Assembly: GCF_000015225.1 (NCBI RefSeq)
Contig: NC_008698.1
Span: forward strand, 300,001 to 332,000
From: Thermofilum pendens Hrk 5
GTDB lineage: Archaea; Thermoproteota; Thermoprotei; Thermofilales; Thermofilaceae
Direction of reading: 5' to 3'
DNA: 32,000 nt
Notes under the pieces: model-generated
The model's database searches: none
Seen by the model: only the letters and a program-made list of their open reading frames with translations
What the model was told of the DNA's origin: nothing
Part shown: positions 1 through 6,682 of the stretch, piece by piece
How positions within the stretch are numbered: position 1 is the stretch's first letter
How the letters are laid out: every line of letters starts with the position of its first letter
Translations under genes and position numbers: made by a program

Positions 1-908
1 AGGTTGCGCTGAAAGTAGTCGAAGTCTTCTAGGGCCTTCCTGATGTCCTCGCCCGCGCCGGCGTTCAGTAACTCCTCGTAGTGTTCCCTGGCGAATTCCC
101 AGAGTTTGTCCAGGTTCTTTCCGAGGACGAGGATGTACCTGTTTTCTCTCTTGAAAGGTTTCCCCTCCACCACGGCGCACTCCCTTCCGTTCATTCCCCG
201 CATGATGTCGCAGAACTCCGAGGGGTTCGAAAGCCCGGCTGTGAGGACTGCGAACTGTAGGGTAGGGCGTAGCTCCGAGAGAATCTTCATAATCGAGACA
301 AGCAGGGCTAGCTCTCTGGGGCTGTAGAAGTCGATCTCGTCTAGGACGAGAAGATCCAACTGCTGAAAAAAGCTGAAAAGAGTACAGGTGGACGGCTTTG
401 TAGCTAGGCGTTTAAGGTCCATCAACAGGAAGGCGGGGTTCGTTACCACTATGTCAGACTCCGAGAGAGCAGACCTTATGCCCGAGGACTTTAAACCCTT
501 CTCGAACATCTCGGACTTCGACGTAGCATCTATCTGGGAGACCCTTACCCCCAGGCTCTGCGAGTAGTCCTTCAGCCTCGCCAGCTGGTCAGAGGCTAGT
601 GCCAGCGTAGGGTAGACTGCCAAGGCACGCTTCTTACTCTTCACCACGTACAGGAACCATGCCTCTGTTTTCCCGCTACCCGTACCGGCTTTCAGAACGA
701 CGTTCTTCCCTTCGCTTAACGCCTTGAAGGCTTCTACCTGGTGCTTGTAGAGCTTTCTGCCCAACAAGGCTGCAAGCCTCCCCGAGGCTTTCTCAACGCC
801 CAATATGTCCGCGAAGCTGACGTCCGCTGTCTCGGGCTCCGAGGGGGGCTCTCTAAACGCATAGTACCTGTAGCCCAGCTTTTGCAATATCTCCTCTGAG
901 TTCAGCAT
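1..908 (-). CDS. Superfamily-2 DEAD/DEAH-box helicase, N-terminal ~302 aa only (gene runs off the left edge)
   Basis: Absent from the ORF track because it is open at the window edge. Hand translation of the minus strand from the ATG (complement of 906-908) gives MLNSEEILQKLGYRYYAF...LYKHQVEAFKALSEGKNVVLKAGTGSGKTEAWFL (motif I/Walker A), VYPTLALASDQ (motif Ia) and LVLDEIDFY (motif II, DExD variant). A TATA-like GTTTAAGT lies on the minus strand ~27 nt upstream. Confidence 0.7.
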   Translation of the reverse strand, partial: MLNSEEILQKLGYRYYAFREPPSEPETADVSFADILGVEKASGRLAALLGRKLYKHQVEAFKALSEGKNVVLKAGTGSGKTEAWFLYVVKSKKRALAVYPTLALASDQLARLKDYSQSLGVRVSQIDATSKSEMFEKGLKSSGIRSALSESDIVVTNPAFLLMDLKRLATKPSTCTLFSFFQQLDLLVLDEIDFYSPRELALLVSIMKILSELRPTLQFAVLTAGLSNPSEFCDIMRGMNGRECAVVEGKPFKRENRYILVLGKNLDKLWEFAREHYEELLNAGAGEDIRKALEDFDYFQRN

Positions 909-992
909 TACCGGTAAGACTACACGCTAGGCACTTAAACCCTTTTGTACGTGAAGCTTATATCGTCGTGTACACTAGCTAGCCGATGATAC

Positions 993-1661
993 ATGCATCC
1001 GCTACTGGCATGGCTGCTAAGCATAGCTAGAGGCGTGGGGGGCTACCTGGGCATATTCGTCATATCCATCCTGGGAAACCTCATCCCATTCATACCCATA
1101 CCGTACCTAGTAGCCGTTTACCTCTACGCCGCCTACGTGCCCGGCTCTAACCCGTTCCTCGTAGGCGTGGTGAGCGGTGTGGGAGCGGGCGTTGGAAAGC
1201 TCCTCGTTTACCTGTTCAGCCGGGGAGGGGCACGCCTGTTCATGAGCCAAGAGTCGAGAGAAAGGTTCGAGAAGATAGGGAAAATGCTCGGTAACTATGG
1301 AGCAATAGCGGTATTCCTATTCGCTGTAACGCCATCGCCGGACGATGCAATCATAATACCGCTGGGAATGATGGGGTACCATCCCTTGAAGTTCTTCGCA
1401 GCCGTTACGGCAGGCAAGATAATAATCAGCATAGCCACGGCATTCGCGGGGAAAGCGGTCTTCCAGCTAGCCGGGGAAAACTTCCTCGAAAGCCTAGCCA
1501 CTTCAATAGCGCTCTTCGTCGTAGTGATGCTTTTAATCTACCTTCTAGACTGGGAGGCCATACTGAGCGATCTTGGAAGCAAGGGGGCGAGAGGCTTTCT
1601 GGAAGACCTGCGCAGAGAAGGTTTCTCGAAATACATGAAGTACCGCACGAGCGCGCGCTAA
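993..1661 (+). CDS. Polytopic membrane protein, DedA/VTT-domain-like
   Basis: 222-aa ORF with several hydrophobic helices and a VTPSPDDAIIIPLGMMGY segment resembling the DedA/SNARE-associated (VTT) core. TATA-like CTTATATC at 957-964, ~30 nt upstream of the ATG. Family assignment is from memory of the motif only. Confidence 0.5.
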   Translation: MHPLLAWLLSIARGVGGYLGIFVISILGNLIPFIPIPYLVAVYLYAAYVPGSNPFLVGVVSGVGAGVGKLLVYLFSRGGARLFMSQESRERFEKIGKMLGNYGAIAVFLFAVTPSPDDAIIIPLGMMGYHPLKFFAAVTAGKIIISIATAFAGKAVFQLAGENFLESLATSIALFVVVMLLIYLLDWEAILSDLGSKGARGFLEDLRREGFSKYMKYRTSAR

Positions 1662-1702
1662 ACGGAAAAAACCTTATATGTAGAGCAACACGTGGCTTCG
1701 TT

Positions 1703-1951
1703 GTGACACACCAGGACTACAAGTACGAGCTCGAAGTGATCAAGCTCGAAAAGCCGATGAAGGTAGACGAGAAACTTCTAGAAGACCTGAAAAATGCGAG
1801 AATCTCGCGTAAAATGATCTCCGAGATGAAGAAAGAGGCCGTCCAGTGCCCGATTTTAGGGCGTCAGGTATCCTTCCTCCAGTGCTACAACTGTAAGAAC
1901 TTCGTTAGGAGAGTTCGCGGGCGCGTTTTCTGCAGGGGAGACCCCCTCTAG
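1703..1951 (+). CDS. Small hypothetical protein with a C-terminal Cys4 (zinc-ribbon-like) motif
   Basis: 82-aa ORF with a GTG start. Charged helical N-terminal half, then CPILGRQVSFLQCYNCKNFVRRVRGRVFC (C-x11-C-x2-C-x12-C). TATA-like CCTTATATG at ~1672-1680 places a transcription start close to the GTG (leaderless). Confidence 0.4.
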   Translation: MTHQDYKYELEVIKLEKPMKVDEKLLEDLKNARISRKMISEMKKEAVQCPILGRQVSFLQCYNCKNFVRRVRGRVFCRGDPL

Positions 1952-2049
1952 CGGAAAGTTTTTCGAGAAGCGAAGGCGGAGGGACTAGAGAAGCTCGAAG
2001 TCGGCACCCTTGAGTAAGGTTTTTCCGAGGAATCCTCGCGCATAAGGTT

Positions 2050-2895
2050 GTGAATCTCCCAGAAGATGTCGAGATCCTTGGGAGAAAGTACAAGCTTTCC
2101 TTGACTCCTGAAGAGCTGAAAAGGTTGCTGGAGGAAAGCAAGAAGGTTCTATCCTCTGATCCACCTCTGGTGGAGGTAAAGGGGAAAAGGGTTCTATTCG
2201 TTGGAGACACGCACGGCGACGTAGAGAGCACAATCAACGCGTTTAGAGAGGCAGCAGATGTCTACGTGTTCCTCGGCGACTACGTGGACAGGGGTCGTTA
2301 CCAGCTTGAGAACATAGTTCTTCTCCTACAAGTGAAGCGGGACAACCGTGAAAGGATCGTTCTCCTCAGGGGGAACCATGAGACAAGGTCTATGAACATG
2401 GTGTACGGGTTTCTACGCGTCGTAATTACGAGGTACGGCGAGCGTATGTACGATCTCTTCGAAGAAGTATTCTCGCAGATGAGCTACGGAGCCCTGGTAA
2501 ACCGCGAGGTTCTCGCTGTTCACGGAGGAATACCCAAGGGGCTATCCCGGGTCGAGGAAATCCAAAGTCTCAAGAAAGAGCAGGAGCCCTCAGACCCCAG
2601 AACTTTCCAGCTACTATGGAACGACCCAGACGAGGGAATCACCGGGTTTGAGCCAAGCCCTAGAGGTGAGGGTATCTACCTCTTCGGGGAGGACGTCGCG
2701 AGGCGCTTTTTAGACGAAAACGGGTTGAAGCTCCTCGTACGCGGGCATGAGCCTGTTCAGGAGGGTGTGAAGTTCCTCTTTGGCGAAAGAGTTGCGACCG
2801 TGTTTAGTTGCAGGTACTACGGCATAACTCCCACCGCCTTGCTTCTCGACGGGGAAGAAAGAAGACGTATTCGCCTGGATGAGGGAAAACGTTGA
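2050..2895 (+). CDS. PPP-family Ser/Thr protein phosphatase (metallophosphoesterase, PP1-arch-like)
   Basis: Canonical PPP signature triplet: GDTHGD, GDYVDRG and RGNHE, plus a downstream HGG and a late GHE. 281 aa. The GTG start has no clear promoter, so the start is uncertain. Confidence 0.8.
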   Translation: MNLPEDVEILGRKYKLSLTPEELKRLLEESKKVLSSDPPLVEVKGKRVLFVGDTHGDVESTINAFREAADVYVFLGDYVDRGRYQLENIVLLLQVKRDNRERIVLLRGNHETRSMNMVYGFLRVVITRYGERMYDLFEEVFSQMSYGALVNREVLAVHGGIPKGLSRVEEIQSLKKEQEPSDPRTFQLLWNDPDEGITGFEPSPRGEGIYLFGEDVARRFLDENGLKLLVRGHEPVQEGVKFLFGERVATVFSCRYYGITPTALLLDGEERRRIRLDEGKR

Positions 2896-2906
2896 TGTGT
2901 CCCGGC

Positions 2907-4826
2907 CTAGTAGGTTACCCTTAGCTTGAACTCCGCTTTTTTACCCGGGTTCCAGTTGCTAACTGGTCTGTAGTACCCCACTATCCTGCTCCAGTGTTCC
3001 ACCTCGCTGGAGCCGCAGTGAGGACAGCCGTCGAGGTAACCGGTGGTGCTCCTGCCGCACTTCCTGCAGACAGTTATCGTCGGAGTTATGCTGAAGTATA
3101 CTACCTTCGTGTTCGTAGCAATCCTGTACACGAGGTTCCGTAGCGCTTTCGGGTCGGGTTGCTCGTGTAGGAACAGGTGCATCATGACGCCGCCGGTGAA
3201 CTCCTGCTGGACGTACCCCTCCCATATCGCCCTTTGGTACATCGGGACGTCGGCGTAGTACGGGACCACGCTGTTGCTGTAGAACGGCGCCTTCCCATCG
3301 CTCGGTATCAGCACCTCGCCCCTGGCGTGCTCCTCCTTGAAGAGCTGCAGGTCGGCGAGCGCCAGCTTGTAGCCTGTACTCTCACCTGGGATCTCCTCGA
3401 CGTTGTAGAGGTACCCGTCCCTCTCCTCCAGCTCCGAGGCTCTCTCTCTTATCAGTGAGACCATCTTCTTCTCTATCTCCACCGCCTCTTGTAACTCCCC
3501 GACGCCGCCCTCGAACCACACCTTGGGGTTCCTCATGAAGTTCGCGGCGGCTTCCGGGAGCCCTATCACCCCTATAGTGTTAAAGTGGTGGTTAAAGTGG
3601 CCTAGGTAGGTCTTTGTTAGAGGCATGAGGCCTGCCGCCAGTGTTTTCTCGTACCTCTTCCTCCATGTGAGTAGCACGTCCCTCGCGTTCTTCAGCAAGG
3701 AGTCTAGTAACTCTTCAAAGAGCGGCCACTCGCCCTTGCTGAGCGCCGCGAGGCGCGGCAGGTTTAGAGTGACGACCCCAATACTCCCAGTAGCGTCCGG
3801 CAGAGCCCATATACCGTAGGTCCTGCTGTTCTCTCGAGACTTCATGAACTTCTCGAAGGCGTCCTCCTCGTCTGCACGTGAGAGTTTGAGGCTGAAGGAC
3901 GGCGAGCCGTTTCCCGACTTGCCCATCACGTGGTTGACGTCTATCGTTAGTCTGCAGCACATGGCGTAGAGAGCTTCCACGTTGCTAGCGTAACCGTTCA
4001 GCAGGTACGCGGATCCCTTCCTTGAAAGCGCCGTGAATATCTTGTCTGTGAGTTCTCCCCACCTTCTGCCGTTCCAGTCGAAGTTCTTCGTGAGCATTAT
4101 GGTGGGTATCGGGAAAGTGAACGGCTGTCCAGCGGCATCTCCCTCCGCGTAGAGCTCGAAGAGGGCCTCGTCCACGGCGAGGGCTTTCTCTATGTAGTCG
4201 CCGAGACTTCCGGCCTTCTTCCCGGCCACTATGGCTTCCCCTTCAAGCATATCCTTGCTGGTATCCATGACCAGCGTGATGTTTGTGAACGGGCTTTGAT
4301 ACCCGGCGCGGGCTGGGTAATTCAGCTCGAAGAGCATACCTTGCAGAGTCTGCTTTATCCTCTCCTTGGAGAGCCCGTCGCCCTCCGCGAAGGGCGCCAC
4401 GAATAGGTCGAAGGCGCTCACCGCTTGTGCTCCCGTCCACTCTTGCGCACCCATGAAGAAGAAGTTCACCAGGTGTGCCACAGCGGTGTCAAAGTGCCTG
4501 GCAGGGGCAGAGATTATAGTCGGAGTCTTAAGGCCAAGCTGGAGTATCTTTTTGTAGCTCCACCCGGCGCAGTAGGGAATCCAAAGGCTGTCCGGCAGTT
4601 TATGTATATGGATGTCTCCTCTATAGTGTTGCTCAATGGCGAGAGGCGGAAGGTATTCGGAGAGGACTTCCTTAGACTTCACGAGCTTTTCAAATAAGTA
4701 ATTCCTAAAGTTACTGTAGCTGACGTTGTGGTTAGCATTTTCATTCCTCTCCCAGTCTATACCAGCGAGGTACGACTCTTCTAGATCTCTAACCAGGGAT
4801 TTCTTTTGCTGCACAATCTCCGTCAT
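2907..4826 (-). CDS. nrdD: Anaerobic (class III) ribonucleoside-triphosphate reductase
   Basis: 639 aa. The C-terminus carries a CRKCG...CPHCG zinc cluster followed by the glycyl-radical loop SRIVGYYRPVSNWNPGKKAEF, typical of NrdD. No intein-sized insertion. Confidence 0.85.
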   Translation of the reverse strand: MTEIVQQKKSLVRDLEESYLAGIDWERNENANHNVSYSNFRNYLFEKLVKSKEVLSEYLPPLAIEQHYRGDIHIHKLPDSLWIPYCAGWSYKKILQLGLKTPTIISAPARHFDTAVAHLVNFFFMGAQEWTGAQAVSAFDLFVAPFAEGDGLSKERIKQTLQGMLFELNYPARAGYQSPFTNITLVMDTSKDMLEGEAIVAGKKAGSLGDYIEKALAVDEALFELYAEGDAAGQPFTFPIPTIMLTKNFDWNGRRWGELTDKIFTALSRKGSAYLLNGYASNVEALYAMCCRLTIDVNHVMGKSGNGSPSFSLKLSRADEEDAFEKFMKSRENSRTYGIWALPDATGSIGVVTLNLPRLAALSKGEWPLFEELLDSLLKNARDVLLTWRKRYEKTLAAGLMPLTKTYLGHFNHHFNTIGVIGLPEAAANFMRNPKVWFEGGVGELQEAVEIEKKMVSLIRERASELEERDGYLYNVEEIPGESTGYKLALADLQLFKEEHARGEVLIPSDGKAPFYSNSVVPYYADVPMYQRAIWEGYVQQEFTGGVMMHLFLHEQPDPKALRNLVYRIATNTKVVYFSITPTITVCRKCGRSTTGYLDGCPHCGSSEVEHWSRIVGYYRPVSNWNPGKKAEFKLRVTY

Positions 4827-5103
4827 CGAGGTCTAAGGCGAGAGTCTTTTCCGCGCGATATTACAGAGGGGGAAATGTTCGTAAAACTTTATACTGGTTG
4901 TAAAAACACGATATTTTAATGAAACATTTCAAACTTTTACAAATTTTCCTCATTGACCTTTACGCGAATATATCACATGAACCAAGCGGAGCTGGTACAA
5001 CTGTTCTCGTTGTGCATACGCATCCTGTGCAGGGACGTTCCTTGGCACACCTTGACATTAATAATAAATCGCAGAAAAGAGATCGTAGACTTGTGGGAGA
5101 ACT

Positions 5104-6630
5104 ATGACAAGCGAAAGCCTTAAGCCCTTCTTTGACCCTAGAGGAGTAGTAGTTGTAGGCGCCTCCCGCGAAGAAGAGAAGCCAGGACATGTAATATTCA
5201 GAGTATTACTCGAAAACAGGAAGAAAGGATTGTTAAAGGCGCCTGTCTACGGCGTTAACCCTAAAGCCGACTACATCCTTGGAGAAAAAGTATTCCCCAG
5301 CGTCAAGGACATACCCGGAGAGGTCGATCTAGCAGTTATAGTGATTCCCGCCGAACACGTTAAAAGGGCGATCGAGGACCTAGGAGTAAAGGGTATTAAA
5401 GCGGCGATTATAATCTCTGCAGGCTTCAGCGAGATAGGTAGAAGTGACCTTGAGAGAGAGGTCGCTGAGACAGCTAAAAAGCACGGTATCAGGATTATAG
5501 GTCCCAACTGTATCGGCGTCTACTCTCCGTGGAGTGGTGTTGACACGATCTTTCTACCTTACACAAAGGTTCTCGAAGACGGAAGGGAAGTTCTGAACGC
5601 CCCTAGACCCTCAAAGGGTTTTGTAGCGCTAATATCGCAGAGCGGAGCCGTGGGTACAGCGGCACTCGACTATATGTACGGAGAAGGCATAGGGCTTTCC
5701 CACTTCGTGAGCATCGGGAACAAGGCAGACGTGGACGAGGTAGAGCTGGTAGAGTACCTAGGAGGCGATGACAGGACGAGGGTTATACTCCTCTACCTTG
5801 AAAACATAAAGAGGGGAAGAGAGTTCATCGAGGTTGCCGGGAAAGTTACCTTGAAGAAACCCGTGGTAGTCCTTAAGGCCGGAAGGACGTCGGCAGGACG
5901 CAGAGCAGCGGCATCCCACACAGCAGCCCTAGCCGGCGTAGACGAGGTGTACGATGCAGCGTTCAGGAGAAGCGGCGTTATCAGGGCTAACGATATAGAA
6001 GAACTCTTCGACTACGCCAAAGCGCTAGCTATGCAACCACCCGCACGTGGCGAAAGAATAGGGATAATCACGGACGGCGGGGGCGCCGGCGTAATGGCCA
6101 CGGACATCGCCGAAATGCTCGGACTCAAAGTCCCAGAGTTACAGGGCAACGCAAGGAGAGAGCTCGAGGAGCTTAGAGAGAGGGGAATCTTCCCGAGGTA
6201 CGCCCAGCTATCTAACCCCGTTGACCTCACGGGTTCTGCTACGAGCGAGATGTTCGTCGAGGCTACCCGGATACTGCTTGAATCGGACGAAGTTGACGCC
6301 GTTGTAGTACTTGCGCTTCACCAAGTACCGGGTATCCCCGACCCCGTTAAGCTTGCACGCGAGATTTCACGCCTTGCGGCAGGCTACGCTAAGCCCGTCG
6401 TCGCGGTGGACACGGGGTGGAGCGAGGCGGCTATACTGGAAAGAAAGGAGTTCGACTCTATGGGTGTTCCGTCTTACCCGACGCCGGAAAGAGCAGTCAA
6501 ATCGCTAAGCGCGCTGGTCAGATACGGCAAGTACTTGTCTTCTCGCGGAGCGCTCGGGCGTTATCTGCAGGAGTATTTGGACTTTAAACGAAAGAACATT
6601 TTGCAAATGCATAAAAATAATTCTACATAA
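5104..6630 (+). CDS. acdA: Acetate--CoA ligase (ADP-forming) alpha subunit / CoA-binding succinyl-CoA-synthetase-like protein
   Basis: N-terminal CoA-binding Rossmann fold (VVVVGASREEEKPGH), NCIGV, ISQSGAVG, and the phosphohistidine loop AASHTAALAG. 508 aa. No ATP-grasp beta subunit is adjacent. Confidence 0.8.
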   Translation: MTSESLKPFFDPRGVVVVGASREEEKPGHVIFRVLLENRKKGLLKAPVYGVNPKADYILGEKVFPSVKDIPGEVDLAVIVIPAEHVKRAIEDLGVKGIKAAIIISAGFSEIGRSDLEREVAETAKKHGIRIIGPNCIGVYSPWSGVDTIFLPYTKVLEDGREVLNAPRPSKGFVALISQSGAVGTAALDYMYGEGIGLSHFVSIGNKADVDEVELVEYLGGDDRTRVILLYLENIKRGREFIEVAGKVTLKKPVVVLKAGRTSAGRRAAASHTAALAGVDEVYDAAFRRSGVIRANDIEELFDYAKALAMQPPARGERIGIITDGGGAGVMATDIAEMLGLKVPELQGNARRELEELRERGIFPRYAQLSNPVDLTGSATSEMFVEATRILLESDEVDAVVVLALHQVPGIPDPVKLAREISRLAAGYAKPVVAVDTGWSEAAILERKEFDSMGVPSYPTPERAVKSLSALVRYGKYLSSRGALGRYLQEYLDFKRKNILQMHKNNST

Positions 6631-6644
6631 TACAAACAGTAGTG

Positions 6645-6653
6645 CTTTTATAG
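6645..6653 (+). promoter_or_regulatory. TATA-box-like element upstream of atpI
   Basis: CTTTTATAG about 30-35 nt upstream of the GTG start at 6683, consistent with a leaderless or short-leader archaeal promoter. Confidence 0.45.
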
Positions 6654-6682
6654 TCGTTCCCTATTAGTTACGCCGAGCGCAC

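Noticed and set aside
106-327. 73-aa + strand ORF at the left edge
   Set aside because: It is antisense to the helicase gene, whose motifs I, Ia and II read through this region on the minus strand.
4919-5107. 62-aa + strand ORF in the nrdD/acdA intergenic region (and 4960..5190 on the - strand)
   Set aside because: It starts inside the AT-rich promoter zone, runs into the acdA start, and has no recognisable motif or translation signal.
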